A stretch of DNA of 64,000 nt from an uncultured delta proteobacterium (lineage in GTDB: Bacteria > Desulfobacterota > Desulfobulbia > Desulfobulbales > Desulfocapsaceae), in contig CAWCTP010000012.1 in NCBI GenBank assembly GCA_963798425.1, positions 153,470 through 217,469 of the forward strand. The letters run 5' to 3'. The notes under the pieces were generated by a model that made no database searches, was not told where the DNA came from, and saw only the letters and a list, made by a program, of their open reading frames with translations. Both the position numbers and the translations under genes were made by a program. Below, in pieces: positions 10,617-19,990 of the stretch (positions are counted from its first letter, which is position 1; each line of letters starts with the position of its first letter).

Positions 10617-11350
10617 GTGGCCTTGCTGGTACTTGTTGTCGGAATGTGGCCGATTGATAAAAACGCCCGCTTGAACGGCTGGTCTTTTATTGACATTGAA
10701 GGTGTCGATATTGGCAGCTATGTGGTTGAAGCACAGAAGGTCGTGGCGGAGGGGTCAAACTGCCGGCGGGGTATTCTCTCAACTGGTCGGGACAGTATGA
10801 GTACATGTTGCGGGCAAAAGAGAGACTGACCTATGTGGTTCCTCTGACGCTCACCATCATCATCATTTTACTGTATATGAATTTCCGAAATTTCGTGGAA
10901 GTTTCCATCATTATGGGCACCCTGCCCCTGGCGATGGTCGGCAGTATCTGGTTGATGTATCTTGGGGGATATAATTTCAGCGTTGCGGTGGGTGTCGGCT
11001 TTATAGCCCTTGCCGGAGTTACCGTTGAAATCGGTGTAATCATGCTCGTGTAACTTAATCAGTCCTATTACAAGATGCTCGCCGATACAAAGAATGAAGG
11101 CATTTCACCGGGCACAGAGGAATTATCTCTGGCCGTTCTGCATGGCGCCGGCATGCGTATACGGCCGATTATGATGACCGCTGCGGCAATCATCGCCGGA
11201 TTGCTGCCCATACTATTAGGCACCGGTACCGGTTCTGAGGTAATGAGCAGAATTGCTGCCCCAATGGTGGGTGGGATGGTCAGTTCTGTTGTGCTTACCT
11301 TACTGGTTCTTCCTGCGGTTTTCTTTTTGTGGCGTAAACGTTCGCTTTAG
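10617..11350 (+). pseudogene. decayed duplicate of the cusA 3' end (last ~250 codons)
   Basis: Three ORF fragments (10617..10829, 10805..11053, 11075..11350) align in order with the cusA C-terminus at roughly 65% identity ([20 protein letters not shown]…, MLRAKERL…, GTGTGSEVMSRIAAPMVGGM…). They carry one frameshift and one in-frame stop. No N-terminal 800 codons are present. Confidence 0.75.
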
Positions 11351-11357
11351 TACCTTA

Positions 11358-11391
11358 GAAAATCTTTCTCTGCTTTTTGAGAAAGATTTTC
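11358..11391 (+). terminator. perfect 13-bp stem hairpin after the cusA remnant
   Basis: gaaaatctttctc-tgcttttt-gagaaagattttc, 8 nt after the remnant's stop. Confidence 0.4.
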
Positions 11392-11405
11392 GTGAAGGTA
11401 CTTGT
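11379..11405 (+). repeat. left copy of an imperfect direct repeat (gAGAAAGAtTTTCGTGAAGGtACtTgT); the partner is at 27024..27049
   Basis: 22 of 26 core positions are identical between the two loci, with an extended similarity (ctttttgRg…) of about 35 nt. Each copy is followed by a short GC hairpin (cccgc…gcggg / ccccg…cgggg). Confidence 0.5.
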
Positions 11406-12365
11406 CCCGCGAATCTTTTGGGCGGGATTACCCCTTACTCCAGAATTTCTGTCACTCAGTTTAGTACCCCATTGAGGGGTGTAAAAAACAAAAAAGCTGC
11501 AACGTGTATTGAAATTATAAACTTGAATATACCTTATCCCGGTTTTCTTCCCGTTTGCCGGGGTTAGATATAAGGGGTAACACATAAGCAAAAATAAACC
11601 TGCCTACCTTGCAAACTTGGGTTAAATTGAAAGCATCAACCAACAACCCAGTGCCAAAATCAAGGAGGCAGGTCAAGGGAAAAAACAAATGTCACAAAAA
11701 CAGCTAATGCCTGAGAGATCGCAGGTTTATCCTGGGCAATAGCTCAGGCTCTTCCTAAAGAGCTATGGCTAAGCCATAGCAATAAAATTTTCATTTAACA
11801 ACTTAACCTTATAGGAGTGTTTAAAACCATTAACAGTGTTAACCATCTCAGTGCCTTAGGAATGAATTTTTGTTGGGAAAAGGCCGCAAAAACCCTTCCG
11901 GGCAACCACTACGTAATTCCACCTTCTTGAAAGCTGGCATTTGGCGACTGTGCCTTTTTCTTTAGGGTTCAATGCAGATTGTTCCAAATTGCCTTAAATT
12001 ATTTCTCTTTGTTATCTACCCACCCGACTTGATTCGAGAAAAATAAACATCTGGATTTGCCACGTTTCAAAGTTCCAGCCAACGCCACAAACTCGGTATT
12101 TTTCTTCAACCACTCAATAATTCAGTACTTCAAAGAATTGACAAAGCTTCTTTTGGAATTCCAAGATGCTGAAAACATAAGAAATGTCTTGACATAACGG
12201 TCAGAAAAGGCAATCACTGTCATGACAAAACGAAGCAGCGACATGTCAGAAGGTTAGATATCGTTTTATACATGAATTATGTCGGGGGAGTTGATGGCCG
12301 TGCTCGATTGCAACGTTTTTACTTAGACTTGCTTGCACCTGATATCTTGTCGTTTAAATTTCGGC

Positions 12366-12403
12366 TTTCTGTATAACACACATTTGTGAGTGTTATACAG
12401 AAA
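12366..12403 (+). promoter_or_regulatory. perfect 14-bp inverted repeat with 10-bp spacer (operator-like)
   Basis: tttctgtataacac-acatttgtga-gtgttatacagaaa. It ends 29 bp upstream of the ATG of ORF 12433. Confidence 0.45.
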
Positions 12404-12432
12404 CTGGTGATCCCCTTGTTAAATCTCTAAAA

Positions 12433-13227
12433 ATGAAACTTCATAAATTAACAGAAAGCTATAGGGTTAGACAAGAATCATACCTTTCAGAATTGAAGAA
12501 ATTTCCTTCGACTGAATTGAGAGTTAAAATTGAAATGAATCTATCAGTGTCAAACTTAGTGCTTGAAAATTTATTTAGTTTCTATGCTGCTTTGTCAGAA
12601 AATTTAGATGGGCTTCACAACAAAGGTCAAGAAATTGGGGAAAGGCTAAGATTAGTTATTGCTGAAAATTCTCCACACGAAATCAAGCGCAAAGTTGAAG
12701 AAATAAATCTTTCGAACAAAGCAGAAAAAGAGGAAGAATTACAAAGAATACTTTTACCAGTTAAGCTAGTTGAAAGATTAGGGGAACAAAATGCCTCAAT
12801 AAGTCAAATGCTTGATACTCTATTGAAATACCAAGAAGAATCTGAGAAACTAGTATTCAAAGTGTTTTCATTTAATAGAAAAGCAGAATTGAAAAATGGA
12901 TTGAAACTACTTTTTCGGTTTATTGCTACTCTAAATCCTTTTGTTTCGGGAGCAGATTCGATTTACCAATTAGTCAGGGAAAAGCAAATAAAATATTCAA
13001 CTGCAGATAAATGCATAAGAGAACTGAATGAATACTGGAATAATTGTTTTTCACTTGCTGTTACAGCGAAATATCTAGAAAAGGTTTTGTTAAGTTTTGT
13101 TAGATCACAATCTTCAGTATCAGTTGATGCAAAGAAATGTGTAGATGAAACCTACCAAAAACTTACGAGTCTGCAGACTGAATTTTATGAAGAAGTAATC
13201 AAGAAGATAAAAGAAATGAAAATTTAA
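12433..13227 (+). CDS. hypothetical protein (AT-rich orphan)
   Basis: 264-aa ORF of strongly AT-rich composition, in sharp contrast to the adjacent GC-rich cus genes. It is Lys/Glu-rich and helical, with no recognisable motif. A GC hairpin (gccgcg-aacag-cgcggc) follows it. Confidence 0.55.
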   Translation: MKLHKLTESYRVRQESYLSELKKFPSTELRVKIEMNLSVSNLVLENLFSFYAALSENLDGLHNKGQEIGERLRLVIAENSPHEIKRKVEEINLSNKAEKEEELQRILLPVKLVERLGEQNASISQMLDTLLKYQEESEKLVFKVFSFNRKAELKNGLKLLFRFIATLNPFVSGADSIYQLVREKQIKYSTADKCIRELNEYWNNCFSLAVTAKYLEKVLLSFVRSQSSVSVDAKKCVDETYQKLTSLQTEFYEEVIKKIKEMKI

Positions 13228-13299
13228 CAAATCGTTCCAGCGGAAGCCGCGAACAGCGCGGCTCCCGCTGAACTCCACGTTGAGCCTGTAGAAAAAGGT

Positions 13300-15100
13300 A
13301 TTTGGCCTTGTGAAATCAGAGAGTTATTGGTATATTTAGCTACATCAAATGGTAATCAACCGCTCAACTCTGCAGAAAGTCGGAAGCCATGGCCAAATAC
13401 AAGCCTTACTCCTACGCTCAAGGGCAGTTCATACCGGTATACTTCAACAAGCAGATCCAGAAAGGCACCTTCGAATACACACTCAACTATCTCATCGATC
13501 ATGAGCTTGATCTTGGAATTTTTGATAAGCGATTTCGTAACGATGAGACCGGTGCTCCTGCCTACGACCCCAGAATATTGCTAAAGATCATTCTTTTTGC
13601 CTATTCCCGCGGCATCACCTCAAGCCGTTCAATCGCCAGGTGTAGTGAGGAAAATGTGCTTTTCATGGCACTGTCGGCAAATAGCCGTCCCCACTTCACT
13701 ACCATTGCTGATTTCATATCGAGTATGGACAAAGCAGTGGTCAACCTCTTTCTCCAGATCCTTTTAGTCTGTGACCAGCAGAACCTTATTGGTAAGGAGA
13801 TGTTTGCCATCGATGGCTGCAAGCTGCCGAGTAATGCATCCAAGGAATGGAGTGGCACCAAGGAAGACCTGAAGCGTAAAGCGGAAAAGATGGAGAAGGC
13901 CCTGCACCGGATGATAATCCGTCACAAATGCATGGACGAGTCCAAGATTGAGCCGGAGGTGCAGGAAAGAGAAAAGAAGTACCAGGAAAAACTGAAGAAA
14001 AGTGCTGCCAAGATCAGGCAATGGCTTGGCGATAACGATGATCGTACAGGCAGCGGCGGCAAGGCGGTGAAATCGAATATCACCGACAACGAATCTGCGA
14101 AAATGGCGACGTCCAAAGGTGTGATCCAGGGATATGTTGGAGTTGCCTCGGTGGATAAGAAACACCAGGTGATTGTTGGCGCGGAAGCATATGGCCAGGG
14201 CCATGAAACCGATCTTCTGGTGCCTGCAGTGGAGACGATACAATCCAATCTTGCGAAAATCGGCGAATCGGATGCGTTGGATAATGCACAAATTGTGGCC
14301 GACAGTGGCTATCATTCCGAAAAGAATATGGAATATCTCTTTACGGAGAACATAGACGGCTATGTGGCGGACAAGCACTTTAGAAAAAGGGATCCCCGGT
14401 TTATCACCCAGGATAGATATAAAGATTTGCCAAGCTATTATGGCAGCACCAGGAATGGTAAGAAACGATTGTTCAGGCCGTCTGATTTTATCTTTGCCGA
14501 TGACTTGAGTCACGCCATCTGCCCGGCAGGTAAAAGGCTTTACCGTAGCGGCTCCCGTGCCAAGGTGAAAAACTATCTTGCCTACAAGTTCAAAGGAGCG
14601 AAACGGGATTGTCTTCCCTGCGAACTGCGTCGGGAGTGTCTCCGTCATCCAGAAAAAACCGAGATCCGCCAGCTTGCCTATTTAACAGGACGAAACCGCG
14701 CCGGCAAAGAACGATTCACTGAGAAGATGAAGCGCAAGATCGATACTGCTGTTGGCTGTGCGCTGTATGGCATGCGACTGGCTATTGGTGAGCCGCCCTT
14801 CGCGCATATACGCTCGGCAATAGGCCTGGATCGATTCAGCCTACGCGGCAAAAGGAAGGTTAACACGCAGTGGAATCTGTTCTGCATGGTCCATAACTTG
14901 AAGAAAGTGCATGCCTTTGGAACGATAGAGGTGTAAAAGCAGAGAGAAAAGTAGAAGAAGGCCGGAAATAAGCTGAAATGAAGCTCAGGAGAGCGCCAAT
15001 GACATAAGAAAAGGCAATTTATTGAATATTCGGTAAGTTTCAAGGTAACGCCTCAAATTTTGAAATTGAGAGGTAGTGGGAAACTCCGACTTTCAAAAAC
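13300..15100 (+). mobile_element. IS element (boundaries approximate)
   Basis: A single transposase gene flanked by short non-coding stretches. The terminal inverted repeats could not be defined by eye. Confidence 0.4.
13389..14936 (+). CDS. IS1182-family (IS5-like DDE) transposase
   Basis: 515 aa. The N-terminal DUF772-like block PAYDPRILLKIILFAYSRGITSSRSIARCSEENVLFMAL and the C-terminal DDE region match the IS1182/IS5 superfamily. A 294-aa antisense ORF overlaps it and is disregarded. Confidence 0.8.
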   Translation: MAKYKPYSYAQGQFIPVYFNKQIQKGTFEYTLNYLIDHELDLGIFDKRFRNDETGAPAYDPRILLKIILFAYSRGITSSRSIARCSEENVLFMALSANSRPHFTTIADFISSMDKAVVNLFLQILLVCDQQNLIGKEMFAIDGCKLPSNASKEWSGTKEDLKRKAEKMEKALHRMIIRHKCMDESKIEPEVQEREKKYQEKLKKSAAKIRQWLGDNDDRTGSGGKAVKSNITDNESAKMATSKGVIQGYVGVASVDKKHQVIVGAEAYGQGHETDLLVPAVETIQSNLAKIGESDALDNAQIVADSGYHSEKNMEYLFTENIDGYVADKHFRKRDPRFITQDRYKDLPSYYGSTRNGKKRLFRPSDFIFADDLSHAICPAGKRLYRSGSRAKVKNYLAYKFKGAKRDCLPCELRRECLRHPEKTEIRQLAYLTGRNRAGKERFTEKMKRKIDTAVGCALYGMRLAIGEPPFAHIRSAIGLDRFSLRGKRKVNTQWNLFCMVHNLKKVHAFGTIEV

Positions 15101-15152
15101 GGCTTTTTCTATAGACTCGTTATTAGGCATAAGAATCCGGGGGTGGCCGTAG

Positions 15153-16880
15153 ATGGCAAAGAAGAAAAAACTAAGCAATCCATTCTCCACCGGCGGTGGC
15201 GGCGTCCATTTTGAAGCGCATGTCCAAGCGTCCTTTGTCGCGCTGATGCTTACCGGCGGGCACGCTCCCTGTCTTCCCTGCTGGCCTATTGCGGAAATCA
15301 AACTTCAGGGCAAGATTGACGGCTTTGATACAGACGACCTTGTTGTTGTTGTAGAAAACGTGAACAGCAAGGAGCGGCGCAAACTTCTCGGGCAGGTCAA
15401 GCACACCATTGCCATCACGCAGGGCAGCACCCTATTTGGGGAGGTGATGCAGGCCGCCTGGAATGATTTCAAAAATCCTAAGGTGTTCACACGAGATAAG
15501 GATATTATTGCCCTGATCACAGGACCGCTCAGCGCAACCGATGCACACAACGTGCAATGGTTGCTAAACCAGGCGAGGCACACCAAAAACGTTGATGAGT
15601 TTTTCAGAAACGTCCATCAAGCGAATTTCAGCCCACCCAAGAGTGCCGAGAAACTGGAGGTCATTCAGCACCACCTAAAAGCAGCAAACGGTGGCAACGA
15701 CGTTTCAAGGGATGAACTCTATGACTTCCTTAACCACTTCCATCTGCTTGGTTACGATCTTGGTAACGAGTTCGGCGTTGTCCTGTCTCTGCTGCATTCC
15801 CACATTTCCCAATTCCAGCAGCATCAGCAGCAATGGGTCTGGTCACGGGTTGTCGATATTGTACAAACATGGAATCAAGATGCTGGTACGATCACGCCCG
15901 GCAAGTTGCCGGACGACCTTCTGGAAGCATTTAAGCAAAAGGCCGTGGCGGAAATGCCCGAGGAATTGAAGGCGGCACAGGAGAAACCTAAAACTGATTG
16001 GACTCAGCACCCTGACGCCACCTATCTGGCCTTGGCAGTTTTGATTGGCGCTTGGCAAGACAAAAGTCAATGCGACCTTGAGGCGATAACCCAACTGCTC
16101 GACATAAGTTATGACGAGTGGCTAAAGAAGGCGCGGGAAATATTACACTACCCTGACAGCCCGTTGGCTCTCAAAAACGGTATCTGGAAAGTTGTTAATC
16201 GAGCCGAGCTTTGGGGCCTGCTAGGATCGCGCATCCTTGATCAAAACCTTGATACTTTTAGGCCGCTTGCTGTTACCGTACTGAAGGAGCCAGACCCCGC
16301 TTTTGAACTGCCCGCCGAAGAGCGATACGCGGCAAGCATTCATGGCAAGGTGCTGAAATGTTCACATGTGTTGCGAAAAGGCATTGCCGAGGGTTTGGCC
16401 ATTCTGGGCAGCCAGCCAGAGTCGTGCCTTAACTGCTCGCAAGGGAAAGCTGAAGCAGCCTGCGCATTGGTAATACGTGAACTTCTGACCGATGCTGACT
16501 GGGTTTTGTGGGGCAGCCTGAACGGTTTGCTGCCCACTCTGGCCGAAGCCGCCCCGGGTGAATTTCTTGATGGTGTCGAAAAGACGATGCAGCTGACGCC
16601 CTGTCCTTTTGATGAGCTTTTCTCCCAGGAAGGCAACGGCATCACCGGCGGCAATTATTTAACCGGTCTACTCTGGGCGTTGGAAGGGCTGGCATGGGAT
16701 GAACAATATCTGGTTCGAGTCTGTGTTGCGCTTGGTGAACTTGCCAGTCATGACCCTGGCGGCCGGTGGGCCAATCGTCCATCCAATTCGCTTGCTACCA
16801 TTTTGCTGCCCTGGCTGCCACAGACGCTGGCATCTGTTGACAAACGCAAGGTGGCGGTGCGAACGATCCTTAATGAATGA
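15153..16880 (+). CDS. large hypothetical protein, N-terminal part (possible PD-(D/E)xK-like nuclease core)
   Basis: 575-aa ORF with no P-loop. It contains FDTDDLVVVVEN…GQVKH, a pattern compatible with a D-x(n)-E/QxK nuclease motif. It ends at TGA 16878-16880, but the same frame stays open into ORF 17046..18692. Confidence 0.55.
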   Translation: MAKKKKLSNPFSTGGGGVHFEAHVQASFVALMLTGGHAPCLPCWPIAEIKLQGKIDGFDTDDLVVVVENVNSKERRKLLGQVKHTIAITQGSTLFGEVMQAAWNDFKNPKVFTRDKDIIALITGPLSATDAHNVQWLLNQARHTKNVDEFFRNVHQANFSPPKSAEKLEVIQHHLKAANGGNDVSRDELYDFLNHFHLLGYDLGNEFGVVLSLLHSHISQFQQHQQQWVWSRVVDIVQTWNQDAGTITPGKLPDDLLEAFKQKAVAEMPEELKAAQEKPKTDWTQHPDATYLALAVLIGAWQDKSQCDLEAITQLLDISYDEWLKKAREILHYPDSPLALKNGIWKVVNRAELWGLLGSRILDQNLDTFRPLAVTVLKEPDPAFELPAEERYAASIHGKVLKCSHVLRKGIAEGLAILGSQPESCLNCSQGKAEAACALVIRELLTDADWVLWGSLNGLLPTLAEAAPGEFLDGVEKTMQLTPCPFDELFSQEGNGITGGNYLTGLLWALEGLAWDEQYLVRVCVALGELASHDPGGRWANRPSNSLATILLPWLPQTLASVDKRKVAVRTILNE

Positions 16881-18692
16881 CCGGATATCGCCTGGAATCT
16901 GATCATTCAGCTTCTTCCCGGTCAGCACCGGACCTCTTCTGGATCGCACAAACCAAGCTGGCGTAAGACCATCCCCGATGATTGGGAAAAAGGGATTACG
17001 CATCAGGAATACTGGCAGCAGGCATCTTTTTACGCGGAACTTGCGGTGGCTGCCGCAGGCCAAGATACTGTCCGGCTTTCCGCATTGATTGATCATTTTG
17101 ATAACCTACCTGAACCCGCTTTTAATCAACTTCTCCAGGTTCTTGCCTCCCAATCCATTTCAGAACTCTCCGAAGAACAACGACTTTCGATTTGGGACCA
17201 TCTCACGAAATTCACAAACAAACATCGGCGGTTCTCCGATGCGAAATGGTCATTGCCCGACGAACTGATTACCCGCATTGAACAAGTTGCCGAGCAACTC
17301 GCCCCCACCAGCCCGTTAAATTTATATCAGCACCTTTTTACAAATCGTGACTTTGATCTCTACGAAGAGAATGGCAATTGGGAAGAGCAGCGCAAGAAAC
17401 TCGAGACGCGACGTGAAACGGCCATTTTGGAAATCTTTCAGCAAGATGGCACTGAGGGTGTCATACGATTTGCCGAATCCGTTTCTTCACCAGGTCAGGT
17501 CGGGCATGCGCTTGGCATTATTGCCGATCCAGTCATTGAGCGAACCCTTTTGCCTCACTTCCTAGGTTCAGAAGACAACAGGCGCAGGGAATTGGTGAGC
17601 GGTTTTATCTGGCGGCGTTACTACCTAAAAGGCTGGGGGTGGTGCGACGACATCAATAAATCTGATTGGACTCCAGAGCAAGTAGCACAATTTCTGGCTT
17701 GTTTGCCGTTTACCAAGGAAACATGGGATCGCGCTTCTGAATGGCTCCAGGCCCACGAGAATGAATATTGGACCCGCACAGGCGCTAATGCCTATCAGGC
17801 CAATGGTGATCTTGCCATTGCCATTGAGAAACTGATTGAACATGGCAGACCACACGCGGCAATCAACTGCCTAGACAGGATGCGCCATGACAAGCAGCCA
17901 ATCGATAGTAATCAATGTGTTCGAGCGTTGCTCGCAGCACTTTCCTCCAGTGAGCCCAGCTACGCCATGGACGGGTACCACATCGTCGAACTGATCACGT
18001 TTCTTCAGGCAGAGCCTTCGGTTAGCCAAGACGACCTCTTTAGAGTCGAGTGGGCATATGTTCCCTTGCTCGACCGTCATAGAGGTGCCGCGCCCCAACT
18101 CCTTGAAAGCAGACTGGCCAATGACCCCGAGTTCTTTTGCGAGGTAATTCGACTGATCTACCGTTCCCAGAAAGAAGATCAGCCGTCGAGAGAACCCACC
18201 GAGGAATCAAAGGCAATCGCAACAAATGCCTGGCAATTGCTACATGAGTGGAAAACACCGCCTGGAACACAAAAAGATGGAACGTTCAGCGAAGAGCGCT
18301 TTACTGAATGGCTCCAAAGGGTAAAGGAAGTCTGTACGGAATCCGGCCACCTGGAAGTTGCACTCATCAATATTGGCGAAGTATTGATTCACACCCCACC
18401 CGATCCAGGCGACTTATGGATACGCCGCGCTGTCGCTGCCGCATTGAATGACCGCGAAGCTGATGACATGCGCGCCGGTTTCAGGACGGGGACATACAAC
18501 TCACGCGGTGTTCATTGGGTTGACCCAACCGGAAATCCGGAGAGAGAACTGGCTGAGCAGTTCCGGAGCAAAGCCGAGGAAATAGAGAACGCTGGGTTTC
18601 AGCGATTTGCAGTTACCTTGAGAGGTTTGGCGGACAGCTACGACCGCGAAGCTGAACGGATAATTAACGATAACAAAGACCGGGAAGATTAG
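16881..18692 (+). CDS. large hypothetical alpha-helical protein, C-terminal part (in-frame continuation of 15153..16880)
   Basis: The frame is continuous from 16881 with protein-like, Trp-rich translation (PDIAWNLIIQLLPGQH…). The first ATG is at 17046. The combined reading frame is about 1180 aa. Confidence 0.5.
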   Translation, partial: PDIAWNLIIQLLPGQHRTSSGSHKPSWRKTIPDDWEKGITHQEYWQQASFYAELAVAAAGQDTVRLSALIDHFDNLPEPAFNQLLQVLASQSISELSEEQRLSIWDHLTKFTNKHRRFSDAKWSLPDELITRIEQVAEQLAPTSPLNLYQHLFTNRDFDLYEENGNWEEQRKKLETRRETAILEIFQQDGTEGVIRFAESVSSPGQVGHALGIIADPVIERTLLPHFLGSEDNRRRELVSGFIWRRYYLKGWGWCDDINKSDWTPEQVAQFLACLPFTKETWDRASEWLQAHENEYWTRTGANAYQANGDLAIAIEKLIEHGRPHAAINCLDRMRHDKQPIDSNQCVRALLAALSSSEPSYAMDGYHIVELITFLQAEPSVSQDDLFRVEWAYVPLLDRHRGAAPQLLESRLANDPEFFCEVIRLIYRSQKEDQPSREPTEESKAIATNAWQLLHEWKTPPGTQKDGTFSEERFTEWLQRVKEVCTESGHLEVALINIGEVLIHTPPDPGDLWIRRAVAAALNDREADDMRAGFRTGTYNSRGVHWVDPTGNPERELAEQFRSKAEEIENAGFQRFAVTLRGLADSYDREAERIINDNKDRED

Positions 18693-18803
18693 TAATCTCA
18701 ATGCCTAACAACCGTATCAACTCAGACTGTCAATTCCGCTGCTCTCCATTACCAGCCGGTTATGCGGAGCGTTGGCCGTAGAAAGAATACTGGAGATATC
18801 GAA

Positions 18804-19223
18804 ATGAATGTTAAACCACATGATAGATTCAGCGCGGAATATTCTCTAACGCCGAAGAAGGTTGCCGATTATGCACTTTCAGTAGGTGATAAAAATCCAA
18901 TCCACCATGATCCTAATTTTGCGGCCAAAACACGATATGGCCGTCTAATAGCAAGTGGAACTCATACGACAGCTTTGATTCTTGGATTAACTGCATCTCA
19001 CTTTTCAAAAAAGACTTCGATGGTTGGACTTGATTATTGGGTCGGCTTTCAGCGTCCGATCTATGCAAATGAGACTATCAAATTGGAATGGCTAGTGGTC
19101 CGAGTGACTCCAAATAAAAAATTGAAAGGTAGTATCGTTGAACTCCGCGGACGAATTTTAGGACAGGATGGTAAAACGTCACTTGGTGCCAAAGGACGTT
19201 TGTTAATCACTGACAAATTATAA
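18804..19223 (+). CDS. MaoC-like (R)-hydratase hotdog-fold protein
   Basis: GGAGAT RBS before MNVKPHD. Contains the motif DKNPIHHDPNFAAKTRYGRLIASGTHT, typical of MaoC dehydratase. Confidence 0.75.
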   Translation: MNVKPHDRFSAEYSLTPKKVADYALSVGDKNPIHHDPNFAAKTRYGRLIASGTHTTALILGLTASHFSKKTSMVGLDYWVGFQRPIYANETIKLEWLVVRVTPNKKLKGSIVELRGRILGQDGKTSLGAKGRLLITDKL

Positions 19224-19447
19224 TGAATCAGAATTTTGCCAACCAGTCGTTTTGAGAATCGACGCGCAAAAAGCGCGTGTCTCAACTCCATGGTGGGGTG
19301 CCGATTATGAACTGGCAATTGAGAAGACGGGAAGTTAATTTATAACTGATAGAGGAAATAGATATCCATGCGTTTCAACTCAACCCCACGCAAAAAGACC
19401 GCCGACACACCACATCCTCAGAAGCTTGCTTTGAGGCACATGTCATT

Positions 19448-19740
19448 GGGGTCGGACCACGTTAAGTGTATGAATTAATTGTGTAATACCGGAAAGAAGT
19501 GGTAGTTTGCATTCTTGCAATGCCCTTTTGGGTGGAGAATAGGTAGCTTTAAGGAAAGTGTTTGTGGAAAATAGGGGACGTAGGAAATAGGGGACGTCCT
19601 TAAAAAATAAAATTAGTTGTCCTTTACTTTAGGGCTTGCCGGAGTAAACAGGAAATCATTCCAAGAATAGCCAGACTTGATAGCCCCCCGTGCCCCCCCC
19701 TTTTTGATCTCCCCATGGTTGTTGTTAAGGTCCGACCCCA
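19448..19740 (+). repeat. 12-bp inverted repeats (tggggtcggacc / ggtccgacccca) flanking a 270-bp segment with tandem 17-nt repeats and a C8 tract
   Basis: Arms lie at 19447-19458 and 19729-19740. Inside are ggaaaataggggacgta-ggaaataggggacgtcc (19566-19599), a C6 tract (19684-19689) and a C8 tract (19693-19700). Confidence 0.35.
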
Positions 19741-19825
19741 TTTGGATTTGGCTTCCATTCTCATTTGGCTTTGCGATCAATTTTTACGAAGGACAACACT
19801 GCTATACTACTTATCGGTTGCAATT

Positions 19826-19986
19826 TTTTCCTGTTTACAGGGAAAATAGATGAAATTCAGATCGGTTTGCTGTTCTTGAGGATTGTTTAGTTGTTTTTAC
19901 TCGTTTACAGGGAAAAAATGTTGACTATTGAATCTTGATTGCTATCATTTGAACATAACAGTTTATTTTCCCGTTAAACAGGGAGG
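19826..19986 (+). promoter_or_regulatory. hipB promoter region with three operator-like repeats spaced 70 bp apart
   Basis: TTTTCC-tgtttacag-GGAAAA is a perfect palindrome at 19826-19846. Related copies lie at 19896-19916 and 19966-19986; the last overlaps the RBS. A sigma70-like TTGACT-16-TATCAT lies at 19921-19948, and a GGGAGGAGG RBS sits before ATG 19991. Confidence 0.45.
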
Positions 19987-19990
19987 AGGC

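Noticed and set aside
11253-11591. ORFs 11253..11567 (+) and 11355..11591 (-)
   Set aside because: They span the terminator hairpin and the repeat motif. No coding signal. They lie inside the ORF-free AT-rich spacer.
11400-12430. tRNA, tmRNA or integrase-linked att site at the island ends
   Set aside because: No T-loop-like GGTTCGAATCC-type motif or cloverleaf was seen by eye in the island-flanking intergenic regions. Cannot be excluded without tRNAscan.
13764-14648. 294-aa ORF on the minus strand inside the transposase gene
   Set aside because: Fully antisense to a well-supported IS1182-family transposase CDS. No motif. Typical spurious long antisense ORF.
16878-16925. Selenocysteine recoding of the in-frame TGA
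   Set aside because: Only a weak 5-bp hairpin lies about 30 nt downstream. No Cys-containing redox motif surrounds the TGA. Kept only as a remote alternative.
19566-19599. CRISPR array
   Set aside because: Only two tandem 17-nt units with no spacers. Not a CRISPR. No cas genes in the window.
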